Positions 26,397-39,450 of a DNA stretch of 64,000 nucleotides are shown here, one piece after another (within the stretch, counting starts at the first letter, position 1; the number at the start of each line of letters is the position of its first letter). A program made the translations under genes and the position numbers. The DNA is from Microthyrium microscopicum (Eukaryota), in assembly GCA_010405405.1 (NCBI GenBank), contig MU004235.1:944538-1008537 (forward strand), in the 5' to 3' direction. The notes beneath the pieces are model-generated. The model saw nothing but the letters and a program-made list of their open reading frames with translations, had not been told where the DNA came from and made no database searches.

Positions 26397-28795
26397 ATGT
26401 ACTCCAACGCTCACCCTCAACATGGTGTTCCGGCTGGTCAGCCGCGCTCGGTCGCGCCCGAAACTTTTCTTCTAGATTCTGATGCCCACGCATCACTACC
26501 CGCTGAAGCAATTCTAGCTCTTCAGCAAGTAGACAATCGTACGTTTACAGCTACGAAATTACTCAATTATACAATGCTAACATAAACACCACAGTCAAAT
26601 ATTTTCTTATATCTGCTCCAGTGGACTGGAGCCCCGAGCAAGTTATCCGTCGGTTCCTGCTTCCGACCGGCGAATACATTTCCTGCGTCCTATGGTATGC
26701 ATTCCGAGCTAGAGCATCAACAAACCACTCCATTGGGACAATTAGCTAACATCACTTGATCAGGAACAACCTCTTCCACATCTCTGGAACGGACATTGTA
26801 AGATGTCTGTCATTCAGATTCCAAGCTTTTGGCCGTCCGGTCAAGAACTCCAAAAAATTCGAAGAAGGCATTTTTTCCGATTTGCGCAACCTCAAGTCTG
26901 GAACAGACGCCTCCCTTGAAGAGCCCAAGTCTCCGTTCCTCGACTTTCTCTACAAGAACAACTGCATCCGAACACAAAAGAAGCAAAAGGTCTTTTACTG
27001 GTACAGCGTTCCTCATGACCGCCTATTCCTTGATGCATTGGAGCGCGACCTTAAGCGCGAAAAGATGGGCCAGGAGGCGACCACCGTAGCAGTAGCAGAG
27101 CCAGCTCTTTCTTTCGAATACGACTCCTCGCAGTCTCTCTTTGAGCAGCTCACAAAGGCTCAACAAACAAACTCCTCATCATTCAATACCAACATGCAGA
27201 GCTTCAGCCAGCCACCTCAACCACAATTCACTCGCGAAGTTGACTCAATGCCTCCTCCAATGATGCACCACCCACAAATGGCTACATCGGTTCCTCCAGA
27301 AGATCCGATGCCAATGCATCCAGCTCACTTTGGTCATGGAATGCAAATGCAGCAGAATATGAACATGGGGCATCTCGTTAAGCGCGAGCAACCTCAGTTC
27401 GATCGAAGTGGCATGCCATTACATCACGCTAGACATCACTCAGTTCCTGCTTTTCTAGATCTGTCGAACTCCTCGCCAGCTCCATCACTACCAATGTCAC
27501 ACATGGACGAATATAGCAACCCGCGCATGTCTTTTGAGCCAATGACCCCTCCACAAATGTCGATGGGACTTGGAGCTGAGCCTGTCTACATTGCAAATGA
27601 AGATACCGGTCTTTACACTGCCATTCCCGATTTGGGCGTCTCTGCTTCTTTCAACCCATTGATGCAACTACCTCCGTCAAATATGGTTGCACCACAATTC
27701 CAGAGCGTATCCAGACCTTTTGGCGCTCCAAGTGTGTATTCGGTCATTGAAGGTTCTCCTACCTACAAGCAACGGAGAAGACGCTCTTCTCTCTCCCAGG
27801 GTATCAGCGCTGCAGTACAAGCTGCTGCGGGCGCACAACATCAGACACACAGACCTAGCGACTTGCGGCGGTCAATGTCTAGCTCGGTGGTGCCGGTTCC
27901 CGAGGCGGATGAGTCTAACCAAAACTCGCCACAAAGCGCCCATCCAAGTGTCACCAACATGTCCAACGGCAACTCTTTCGCTGCGCCACAATCACAACAT
28001 TCCCAAGACGTAAAGTTGCACGAAATCTCGCGGCATGGCACTCCTTTGGCAACCGTTGAGGCTAGCCCAATTCAAGAGACCGCTCCAATCATCCCTCAGG
28101 ACGATCTACACAGTCTCACCAACAGTGATTTCGCGGATCCACCGATGCAACACAATGGAGCTGCGCGAGCAAATCCAGGCGTCTTTCGCCAGCGCGCACG
28201 AAGCGCCACAATGATGGAACTTGGTCCATATCCGCAAAAGTCACACTCTTGCCCAATTCCAACATGTGGACGGTTGTTCAAACGTTTAGAACATCTCAAG
28301 AGGTACGTTTCATTCCATGTAGCCTGCTCGTGCGACGGGTTGGTGGTTTCAAACTAGCATACTGACTCGACCTAGACACGTGCGCACTCACACGCAAGAA
28401 CGCCCTTATGTCTGCGCTCTATGCGGCAAAGCCTTCTCTCGCTCTGACAACCTTGCTCAGTAAGTCATAGTTAAAAGAAGAAATTTTCATTTACCATATA
28501 CTAACAAATTGTGTCTAGGCATCGTCGCACTCATGAGCAACAACAAAATGGCGAGCCCATCGATAACTTTAGCGAAGATGAACTTGACAACGAAGTCGAC
28601 GCCCTGGCTGCCCTGGAAGAGGAATCCCCGGAATCGGAACATGCCTACCTTGCATCTGGCATGGGACTCCCAAATGGCTCAATGCCCGACATGTCGCCAG
28701 CCATGACTATGAACACAGGCACGCCTGTCAACGGTCCTTCAATGAATGGTACTAGCATGGGTCCTCCTCAAATGATTGCGGCTCAGAATTATTGA
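26397..28795 (+). CDS. STE12: Ste12/SteA transcription factor (STE homeodomain-like domain plus two C2H2 zinc fingers); 5 exons
   Basis: PETFLL...[18 protein letters not shown]...[22 protein letters not shown]...[14 protein letters not shown]...[31 protein letters not shown]. Zinc fingers [23 protein letters not shown] and [21 protein letters not shown]. Confidence 0.97.
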
Positions 28796-31433
28796 GCATA
28801 GTCTACTCGGATGGTACATTGGTTTTCACCATGTCCCTGTTTTCTGCTTTTACTCATCGCGAGCATGTACTCTAGGAGTCCAAAGAGACGAGCATCATTT
28901 GTGCGCGCATGCATATCCATGGCGTTTTCATCACGACATTCACGCTTGAGCCAAATACAAGGACGGCCTCAGCTTACCACAGGAAGGCCTCTCAGAAAGT
29001 CCTCGAGCTTCACAGGTCTCGGCACCTGCTGAATTGTTTTCTCCCTGCATGCATGGCTCTTTTTTATTATTTATTTATGCATATCTCTTGCTATCATTTG
29101 CTTCTACTCCCATGGGCTGGTGTTTCCATTCGGCTGGTATGAATTTTACGGGGTGCCAAATGTCAGGCTGGCTTTTTTAGATTTCTGTTCAAAACATTTC
29201 CCTCTTTGTCATCATCTTGGTAGTAGCTTCTGTCTACACAAACGAAATGGGGGGAGCCTTTCGCAAGGTCTGGTGTACCGGGGAACAAAACGAGAAGAGA
29301 AAGGTCATCAAAATTTTATTTCATGGCTTTATGAACAATGTCGGTGTTGTTGCTGGGTGTATATCTTTGCTTTGCGTTCTCTCCACGACTTTTCTTTCTG
29401 TACTGCGAGTTCTGCTGCATTTGGGAGTTTCTATTCCATGCGGGGGGTTTGCTATACTGGAAAGGATCAAGGCAATTGTTAGGCGGTGGGCTAGAGCAAG
29501 CGGTCACCATGGGTGGCTTTGGGCGGTTGTTGTGTATCTGTAGAGTTAAGCATTTTTGCTAAGAGCTTTTTAGCTGAATCACAAGAATCTTTCAATCACT
29601 ATTTTTTGTATCTTGAACTTTTTTTGACTCCGGTGCTCTGGGTTACCCAGATGCTTCATTGACGATACTCGCCTCTTTTGGTCTAACTTCGCTTATCGAT
29701 CGTTATTCCCCTGGAAAGACCGTCCATTTGAAACTGCATGGAGTTGTTCCATGGCTTCATATTTCGAAGAATCTTTCCGGCTTCCATGCCTTTGAGGCTT
29801 CTCGTTCCTCGCCGCCGCGCAATCTCTCGCTATGGAATGCGTGGGTCCTGGGTGTCGATGATTCAGTGGGGCTGGAAAGATGCAGGTACGGGTACGAGTA
29901 TGGGTACGAAATGTACGGTCTGGTGTCGCTTGCTTGCTACTTGCATGGTTTTGGACTGTCGTCATGGGCAATGGGTGCTTTCACTGGTGGGGAGTTGATG
30001 TTGGGGCGCTGGAAGTGTTCGGTTGGCCGGAAAAGATGGCGGTGGGGAAGAGTGTTTGCGATATCAGATGTGTTTGTACTAGCGGGCATTAGATGCTGGT
30101 GCATTTCGATGCTGGTGGGGAAATATCTTGATTGAGAAAGTTGGTGATCCGACTCGCACTGCGTGTGATGGTGTCATGCAAGGTACGGTGTCAGAAGTGC
30201 CTGGGTTTTGGGGGATTGAGTCAGGGACGGGGGTGGTGTGGTTGTTGATGTTGGGGAGGGGAAGATGATGGTGTAGTGTATTTTCTCAATTGGGTAGGAG
30301 CTGGATAGTTGAACATCTGTACATGGAGGAAAGTATTTGGAAAGTAATGATGAGTATGGCGGGCTTGTAATGGTGGTTGTTCACTTGAGGTTGTGGCGGT
30401 AAGGCTGTGATGGTGTTTGGAATCTGAGCAATTGAGTTCCCTAACGACCTTCAAGATTTTATACAGTGGAGGAACCAATTTATTCCGGGCTGATTATTAT
30501 ATTTTCTGCGAGAATATTACTAAAACAGTATTTTGCGTGGTTCTGTGCTGCAGTGTTGTAAACATACTTATTGGATGTGTTTGCACTATATATTTCCAAG
30601 AGTTACAATTTTGGCTCAATGCTTAGCTGGGTCAAATGGCATAAGATGTGATGAAAGTCTCTAAAATGGTGAGCAGCATCTGTAATATATTAAGGGTGGC
30701 CTACCTACTTGGCGATTACCATCTTTCTTATGTTATCCAAACGGTGAAGGTTTAAAATCGATGATAACGATTGGTTTTCGTAGCGGTTGAATCCACACTC
30801 AGGTCGTAGGTTCAATCGTGATCTTTTGCAATTTTGAATGATAGATTTTCTTCACTTTTTATTGTTGGGCCCTATTCCATTGATCACCGAAGATTCCATT
30901 CCTGATCAAGCTGAGGCATCTTACCGGTTTGCATCGCGGCAAGTGACGACCTAATGCCCAATGCTCGATATGAATTGTTGAAGGTTTTTGCGTCACATAT
31001 CCTGATGAAGAAGGACGAGGCATATGAGTGAAGATTCTGGATAAAGAACAATCATGCCATATTCCATATTGGTGTTTGCGCCAGTCTAGAATCTCCAGTA
31101 GACTGACTAAAATCTCATATGTGCCGACCGATTCCCGTTGTTGTTGCATAGTTATGGATCCTACCTATTGTTTTAGAATAACAATCAAAGCAAAAGTTCC
31201 GAAAGCAGCCTTTCGACATGCAGACGACAGTCATGTGTATCTTAGGACTTTCGTGCAGTCACTTGTATCGTGATGACTTGGCTAAACGACTCCTTGTGTG
31301 ACGCTCAGCCAATGCGTTTGCCAGCATATGGCTTAAGCATCAGCACATTTCAGCCTAGACCACAATAAATTCAAAAAAACCTTACTTACATACTATCCAT
31401 ATCTATCCTCTTCAATCTCTCATTTGTTCCAAT

Positions 31434-33596
31434 ATGCGTCGAGCCTTCGGCAAGCGGCTCAAACGTCTGAGTATAGGCGCCAAAAAGACAGCCAGCAAAG
31501 TTTTCAGCTCTCCCAGTACAGTACGCACTGAAAGTGACTATCAACCACTACTAGCACGCGACGGCGGTTTCCATCATTATCATGGTCATGATAATACCAC
31601 ATCAGCCAGGCGCGCTTCACAAGACTCATCGGATTTTAGCGTACTCTCGCAGGACCCGTGGGACCAACCACGACGCCTTTCAGAGCCTGCTGGTCTTTAC
31701 AGTAGTTTGCCGCCTAAGGTGCCAGTGAAGAGAAGGAAAACGGTTCATGTTCATTTGGATCGGCCACAAACGTTCAAACAACCTCCTTTGATCTATTCGG
31801 ATATCAAGGAATGGGAGGCGGAAACGCCGGCCAATTCACCGTGGTTTTGGAGTAGGTCCTTTCGCTCGAGCCGTGTTCAAGTACAAAGAAAGTGATATGG
31901 GCCATGCGGCTGTTGTGTTATGTTTCTTTTTAGTTAACGGCGTTGAGAAGTACAATGTATTTTGATTGTGGTCCCATAATATGCGATGAAAGTGATGGAT
32001 ATTGTCCAAGCAAACACCCACTAACATATTATAGGACCTCAAAGTCCCAAAGATGAGGGTTACGATCAGCTCCCAGAGTCACTAGCTGGACCTTCGAATC
32101 TCAACTCTCCCGCCTCACCATGGCTCCCAGGTCGAGCTCCCGGTGACCACAACTCCGGTCACGAAGCTAGCCCACAGCACTTTCTAGGTGGTGGTATCGT
32201 AGCTTCTCCGACGTTGATTACCCCTCATAGTCCAAACTTTTCGGAAGAGTCATCCGAAATCACCGCAATGCCAAAGCCCAAGCGTACAGGAACAGGCGAC
32301 TCACTATTGAGTCTGCGCAAAATCTCCAGCCAAGTCAGAATCACACGAGTCAATTCTGACCCAGAAGCGGTAGAAGAACAGGTTCAAGAGGAGGAGGAGG
32401 AAGAGGATCCCGTGCTGACTGAGCTGCGCAAGACTTTGCAAGCGAGCCGAGAAACGATTCGAGCGCGGCGAGACCATAACTACGAAGCTGGTTTTGAAGG
32501 CAAACCTCTCACCAGCCTTGCCCGATGGCGCGAACTGGAACAAGCGGAGCGGAGAAGCAAAATCTTCCCACCTCCTTCAAGAATCGTCATGTCCTGCGAC
32601 ACTCTTGACGAGCCAGTGAACAACAGAATGAGCTTCTTGGTGGAAGATGCGACTAGTCACCAGCGTGTTCTTGTCAACATGACCGCAGAAGATGTTGAGT
32701 ATCGGCGCAAAGTCAACCACATCCGCCTCGAGAAGATGAAGGAAGCTATCCAACTTGTTGAACCACGGGCAGCAAACACAGCAAATCAGGGTGAAAGCTC
32801 TGGGGCAGCCATTTCCGACCATCCGCTATTTCGCGACAATCAAGATGAATATGAGCGCTATCAGGGCGAGCTCAGAAGAAAGGTCTTTGTCAATATTTCT
32901 CCTGAGCCGACATTTTCCGAGATGCAACACGTTACCACTCCTCTCGAGTGGCCAAATGACCTTGCTCTTCCTAGAGAAATTCTTGCCAAAGTCAACTTGG
33001 AGAAGACCTTCCGCAAGGCACCAGCAGACGCAGACACTGATAGATCCGCAAAACGCGCGTCAGGCCCAAGAATTTTGGTAGATCTATTTAAGAAAACCAA
33101 TCGAGACGACGAGGGCGACGGAACTAATGATGGGAAACGCCTTAGCGATATTTCACTCGACGTCGATCCTCCCGATGATGGTATACCAAGTGTTGACAAT
33201 CCATTTTCATCCTTATATGGCAAATGCAAACGCATTTCCATGGCAGAAGTACAGGATTTGCAGGTATCGGATGAACTGTTGCAAGATGAGGTGCCGCATA
33301 CTATTAGCAGGGAAATGATATCCCGGCTCTCCATGCATGAGGGTGTTCGGCGCTACCTTATCATAACAAGACCAAAGTATGATTCGGCGGAGCAAACAGT
33401 TCGAGCCATGATATCGGAGTGGCTAGAGACAGCCAGCATAGAAGAGATAACGAAAGAGAAGAAAGAGAAGAAAGAGAAGAAAGAGAATGCAGATGAAGAG
33501 GTGGGATCGTGCGAAGAGAGCATCATTGGTATAGCTCGCCTAGGCCTTTCATTCGCGCAAGGGTGGCTTGATCGATGTATTGAGAATGGCTGGTAG
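31434..33596 (+). CDS. Hypothetical, lineage-specific-looking protein of ~660 aa, largely low complexity; 2 exons
   Basis: ORF 31434-31895 joins the 460-aa ORF through intron ~31852-32034 (GTAGGT...CTAAC...ATAG), with the frame open from 32035. No recognisable domain. A 9-bp (KEK) tandem repeat sits near 33453-33488. Confidence 0.6.
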
Positions 33597-34058
33597 GTTG
33601 GATCTCATCGAGCGGCAGCTATCCGTGTAAGGTCAACTCGTTTTCCCTCTTCTACAGGCCTATGGAGTTGTTGAGCCTGTCGCTCGTGGATGGGTGATCA
33701 TGAATGCTGCGATCAAGCAGCTCCTGGCCACGAGTCATTAGCATACGGTACTCATCAAGAAGTCGCGGCCATGAATTGCAGTATCATCATTGTACTTCTA
33801 GATTACGGATAGCATTGTAGCTGAATAAGTAAGCAATCAATTGATACTGGGCATAAGAGATGAAGTTAGAAGTGCACCCAAATCAGGAAGGTACAAGAAA
33901 AGAACGTGGCTTACCCAAAACTTCAACGTGATTGGTCAAAAACAACTTCGCGACTGGCAACTTTTTTTGGAGAGTGATGCCATCATGATATCGCCGAATA
34001 CTCGTCAATGTAGCACTATGCTCTCCTTTCCTCCCAAAAACGGAATCAATGGCGAGCA

Positions 34059-35908
34059 ATGAACCTAGTCGCCCCATTATCCCGTTCAGCGCCCTCTCCG
34101 CATCTGCTCAGCTTCTTGCGCCGTGTGGCTAGCTGCGAGAAGTCGAGCGCGACTGCGTTACAGTCGAGATCATGTCCGTTTCGACGACAAATAACAACGC
34201 AAACGAGTAGAAGGTGCCGGCCGACTGCTCTTACAACCTCTCCCGGATCAGCCTTAAACGCACATCGAATCAGATCCTCGAGGTCTCCTCAATTTTCGCT
34301 AAGCTCGTCCTCCGAAAAACAGTTCAGCTCATCTTCTCCCTTTGGGTACCAGCGAAACTCCTCCAGCCTTGCAAAACGTCCAAGGATTATACCGAACACT
34401 TTGAATAACCATGGAATTTTACGGCCGTTCTCTTCGTCAGTTATATCGTCGTTTTGGGGTTGGTGGACAAAACACTCTTCAGCGAGAAGCAAGAGATTGC
34501 CCCCTTTAGCAAGCTTCTTAGACGGATCTACACCTAGACTTGTGCTCAAGGCAACAAACGAGCCCAGACTGCGGTGCACAGAATTTGACGAGAATGGAAA
34601 AGTCACGCTGGTGAATGGAGAATTCAAGAAAAGCGAACTGATTGCAAAGGTGCGCAGAAAAGGATGAATGCAAGCGCATATATTGACATGCTACAGTACG
34701 GTCTTCTACCTCGAGACTTGCGTAAAATCGACTCGTCTCTCCTCCCACATATCCTCATCCGACCCTCCGCAATACTTATAAACCTTTTACATCTTCGTGT
34801 GCTTATCAAGCACAATCGCGTCCTGGTCTTTGACGCTTATGGAAGTACGGACTCTTACACACAAAGTGTTTTTATGTACGATTTGGAGGGGAAACTACGC
34901 CAAATTGACTCTCGGGCCAACGGATCACTTCCCTACGAATTGCGCGCTCTCGAAGCTGTATTAATATCTGTCACAAACGCTCTCGAGTCCGAATTTGAGG
35001 GTGTTCGCGAACCTGTCGTTACGGTACTGCGGGAACTCGAAGAGGATATAGATCGGGAAAAGCTACGCTATCTGCTTATATATAGCAAGAAGCTTGGGAC
35101 ATTCGAACAGACTGCTCGGTTGGTTCGGGATGCATTGGAAGAGCTGCTAGAAGCCGATGATGATCTTGCGGCCATGTATTTGACCGCAAAAGCAGAAGGC
35201 AAGGAAAGAGATGAGACTGAGCATGCTGAAGTGGAGTTATTGCTGGAGTCATACCATAAAGTTACGAACGAAATCGTACAAGCCGGAGAGAACTTGGTTT
35301 CCAACATCCGCAACACTGAGGAAATGTAAGTTGTGCGCTCCGAGGGAGAAACACAAAAGCTAACAATGTCAAGTGTCAAGGCAATTCTGGACGCCAACCG
35401 CAATGCCCTTATGTTGTTAGAGCTCCGCTTCTCCGTTTGGACTCTTGGCCTAGGAGCCGGAACGTTCATCGCTGCTCTCTACGGCATGAACTTGAAAAAC
35501 TTTATCGAAGAATCTGATCTGGGCTTCTGGGGCATTTCAGGCATCTGCTCTGTCGCCAGTGTATTCGTCCTGGTATATGGCCTGAACCGATTACGACGTG
35601 TCCAACGGGTTAGCATGTGGGGCGACATTTCTCCACCGCAGCTACCCACGCGAGCCTTGAGTGGTCCGCAGGCCATGCAAGAAATGCGAGAGAGCCTATT
35701 AGCAGAGGATAGAGCCGGATTATGGGGCATGGCCCGCAGCTCTGCACAACAGCAAGCTGCCAGAATGGCAAAGATGCAAGCACAGGATGCGCGTATGAAG
35801 CACTTTCATGGTGGGCATCCAAATGGGCCGCTCTGGTCAAAGGCAGATCATGGCCTCGAGGGAAAGAAGAAAGGACCTTCCGAGCCTGGGCATCTGGACA
35901 ATAACTGA
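34059..35908 (+). CDS. Mitochondrial inner-membrane Mg2+ channel, Mrs2/Lpe10 (CorA) family; 3 exons
   Basis: Ser/Arg-rich presequence, LRCTEFDENG...KYGLLPRDLRKID...LPYELRALEAVL...LDANRNALMLLEL...YGMN signature followed by a second TM helix. Introns ~34650-34697 and ~35326-35373. Confidence 0.93.
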
Positions 35909-36697
35909 TTGAGCACTGAACAGACCTGAGATTATTGCATAGCGTTGGCGCTTGACTTTGGATTGTAGAATATATACGGGAGGCGTAGTGATGTGAGGAT
36001 ATTGTATTTATGCATCATATGGAGACCCCTCAGTGTTTAGACCTGTCAATAGATTGATATCCCGCTCAAGCACATGTCAGATTTGCAGCAGTTGTGACTT
36101 GCCTTGTTCCTATATTCTGACTTAACCTTCATACAAAGGGAAGGTATAGCTGGCTTATTTTGGCACTCCTCTATAACCAATGGCTTTGATCTCAGCCTTG
36201 TGGTCAGCCTTGTCTCGAACCTCATGCTTTTTCTGCTGTACTATCATCGCCTTGCAAGTCTATCGAGTACTTAGCCACGCTATGAAAGGTTTAAGGCTCA
36301 TTTTCGCTAACAACCTATCTTTTGGAAATTGACCTGATTGGTCAATCAAATCGATAGCTGCTAGTTATTCAACACCTGAAGTATATCGTACCAGTATATA
36401 ATATCGTGCAAATCAAAAACATCCTCATAGCTTATTTTTCTTTTCCAATCCAGACAGTTTGACAAAACTAGAATCTGATTGCACATAAATAAAGCTGCAA
36501 GCACGAGGGTACTTCTTACGCTTGATCTATTGTAAATCGCATGCTGATTGGTCGTCGCTACCATATATAGCACCACCACTGCCGTTTTTGTCGACGTCAC
36601 TTGCATCATCGGCTGTGATATCATCCTAGAAGTCCTAACGACAGGTTATCCTTCTCAAGTCTCAAGCACTAGATCTATTTGACTGCCCAGCCTTACC

Positions 36698-37765
36698 ATG
36701 ACGGACAGCAAAGACCTGGCTCTTTGCGCTACTTGCGGCACACAATTCGACGCTCCGCTCAGCTCACCACCTGACAGCTGCAACATCTGCGATGATCCAA
36801 GACAATATGTACCTCCAACTGGTCAGGCATGGACTTCTTTACGGGAATTGGACGACGGTAATCGCAGTAATAAGTGGGAGGTTGACCACATTGATCCACG
36901 TGTGTCTTGGGTTAGCACGCACCCAAAGGTAAGTTTCTACCGGTATGGATGTGTTATGCGCTGAGTCCAACAATCAGGGTGATATTGGCCAAAGGGCCTT
37001 TTTGCTTGAGACACCACATGGAAACGTTCTCTGGGATATGATTGCATATATTGATGACAAAACTATCGAACACGTATGTCCTCTTGTTTTTAGTGTTGAC
37101 GAAAATCTGATACGCCATAGATCAAAGCCAAGGGAGGATTAAAAGCAATTGTGGTATGTTTGACATGACTAGAGAATAAAGCAACGATTAACGAAGTAAG
37201 ATCTCTCACCCTCATTACTACACCACACACATTCACTGGGCCAAAGTCTTCAACTGTCCAGTCTACACCGGCGCCGAAGACAAGCAATGGTTCAACCGAT
37301 CCGATCCAGACAACTTCCGACGACTAATCCACGGTACAGAGGCCGTTCTCGCGGGCGTCACAGCGGTCAAAACTGGTGGCCATTTTGACGGCAGTCTAGT
37401 TCTACATTGGGAGAACAAGCTATTCATCGCGGACACCATAATGATCATCCCAGTAAGTTACACCCTTCTCTAAAAGTTCATTTTCTGATGTTGTCTAGTC
37501 TGGGCTGTACGATATCGACAGGCCTGCGGGCACAGCGAGCTACAGTTTCATGTGGTCATACCCCAATATGATTCCTCTGTGGCCGGATGCCATACTTGGT
37601 ATATGGGAAGCTGTTAAACCGTTTGACTTTGATACTGCTTATGGTGCTTTTGACACAAAGATGATACGCAGCAAATATGCGAAGAAGAGGTTGTTGGAAA
37701 GTATGAAGATTTTTATTACGAAAGCAGGGCATCTTAATCATGCTTTATTTGAGGAGAGTCTTTGA
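36698..37765 (+). CDS. Metallo-beta-lactamase-fold hydrolase with an N-terminal CxxC...CxxC motif; 5 exons
   Basis: LCATCGTQF...CNICDDPRQYVPPTGQAWT...IGQRAFLLETPHGNVLWD...ISHPHYY...GGHFDGSLVLHW...FMWSYPNMIPL. Confidence 0.87.
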
Positions 37766-38637
37766 GTGGAGAGTACAAAGATATGAGCTGGAAGACGGTG
37801 GTAGTAGTCCGATTCTGGAAGACATAGAATGCGTTGAATGAAATGTCTGTATTAGTTTTAGCAACGATCCATGTTTCTGTAAGTAGCCTAATCCTTTCTG
37901 GTTACTGTGATGACAGGTATTGGGAATGTACACAACTGCCACGAATAAGAGAGCTTACGTTGAAAGGACTAGGTATAATCTCATGGTGCCTCTGGTATGA
38001 TGTTTTAGTCTAATGCTTGAGAATTGAAAAGGTGTACATATTTAAACCAGTATTTACTAAACATTAGCGAAAATAGCAATACCAATACCAAACAGGTCCC
38101 AGGTGTCAGGATAAACCTGCGAACAAGGCGACAGACTGAACCACCTGGATCGTGGCATTTCCGGAGCTAGGCACCGGAGAAGTATGCCTTGTAATGATTA
38201 CTTTAACATGGACTTCACCCAGAAGTATAGAGAAAAGCTCATACTACAAAGTGATCCTCATTCGCGTTCGCAATCTTGCTCGCTAGCTCTAGCTTTCGTC
38301 CCAGCTAATGTCTCATTCTTAGGTATCAAAACCACTGTAAACTTTCACTTCTTAGGAATTCTAGAGCAGAAAATGGTTGGAGTCTAAGAAACATTCTAGC
38401 ATAGGGGAGCCGGCAAGGAAGTTCACCACCTGTAAACAGGGTAGACATCAGTGGTAGGCAGCCTTATGCAGTAAGCAGTAAGCGATGAGGATACCGCAGT
38501 GATTACGTGCGACTGATGACGGCAATTGAGATTCGCGGCCTATAATGATGAGGATTACTTCTATTTCTTTCCTGCTATGTAGAACTTTGCAATACTCATG
38601 AGCTTTTGGTTTTTCATCGATCTTCTCAACAACAATC

Positions 38638-39450
38638 ATGCGCATCACACTCTTTTACTCGATATCGGTCGCCTATGCATTCAGCTTCGACTACCATCGA
38701 TCACTATCACCTCGTTCCAGCAACCTAACATCAATAAAAAATAACAATACTTGGATCGTAGGCCATGACTGGCTACCTTCAGCTTTAGTTGCAAACTCAT
38801 CAAGAAGCCCATGCCCTCTTCTAAACACATTTTCCAACCACGGCTTCCTCCCGCGAAATGGTCGAAACATCACTAAAGACCAATTCACAGACGCACAAGT
38901 AAAAGCACTGCATTTCTCCTACGAACTAGCCAACAAGACCACAAACGCCATGGTCACAAAACTAGGAACACCAATCAACAACAGCAAAACCTTTGACCTC
39001 GAGGATTTCGCATCGCACAACCACACCGAGCACGATGCCTCCTTAACACGTCTAGACGTGATTCAAGGAACAGTCATCGATGTCAATCCAGGCCTAGTCG
39101 TCAAACTCCTCGACGATTCCAGCACGGAGTATCTGAATACTTCGTCGATCGGGTATTCGCGCGTGCGGAGAGAGAATGAAAGTGTTAGTATTGGAAGTCC
39201 AAAGTTGTCGAGTGACTTTGTGTCGTTTGCACAGCTTGAGGCTTCGTTTATCTTACTGGTTTTTGGGAGTCAGGGGGCAGGGAATGTGAGTTTGACGGAG
39301 GCGCCGAAGGAACAGGTGAGGACGTGGTTGTTTGAGGAGCGATTTCCGGTTGAGAGGAATTATACGAGGAGCGCGGTTGAGTTGACGTTGGATATGCAGC
39401 AAGCGATTATTAAGGATATATCGAGATATCATGATCGATACAAGAAATAG
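38638..39450 (+). CDS. Secreted heme-thiolate peroxidase (short-type unspecific peroxygenase / chloroperoxidase-like); intronless
   Basis: Signal-peptide-like N-terminus, RSPCPLLNTFSNHGFLPRNG (proximal Cys in PCP), EHDASLTRLD and many N-x-S/T sequons. Confidence 0.9.
   Translation: MRITLFYSISVAYAFSFDYHRSLSPRSSNLTSIKNNNTWIVGHDWLPSALVANSSRSPCPLLNTFSNHGFLPRNGRNITKDQFTDAQVKALHFSYELANKTTNAMVTKLGTPINNSKTFDLEDFASHNHTEHDASLTRLDVIQGTVIDVNPGLVVKLLDDSSTEYLNTSSIGYSRVRRENESVSIGSPKLSSDFVSFAQLEASFILLVFGSQGAGNVSLTEAPKEQVRTWLFEERFPVERNYTRSAVELTLDMQQAIIKDISRYHDRYKK

Noticed and set aside
30802..30822. tRNA T-arm-like GGTCGTAGGTTCAATC
   Set aside because: The 3' side (GTGAT) cannot pair with GTAGG, and I found no acceptor stem or D-arm.
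36698..39450. MBL hydrolase plus peroxygenase as a secondary-metabolite cluster
   Set aside because: There is no PKS, NRPS or terpene backbone gene or cluster regulator in the window, and the neighbours are housekeeping genes.
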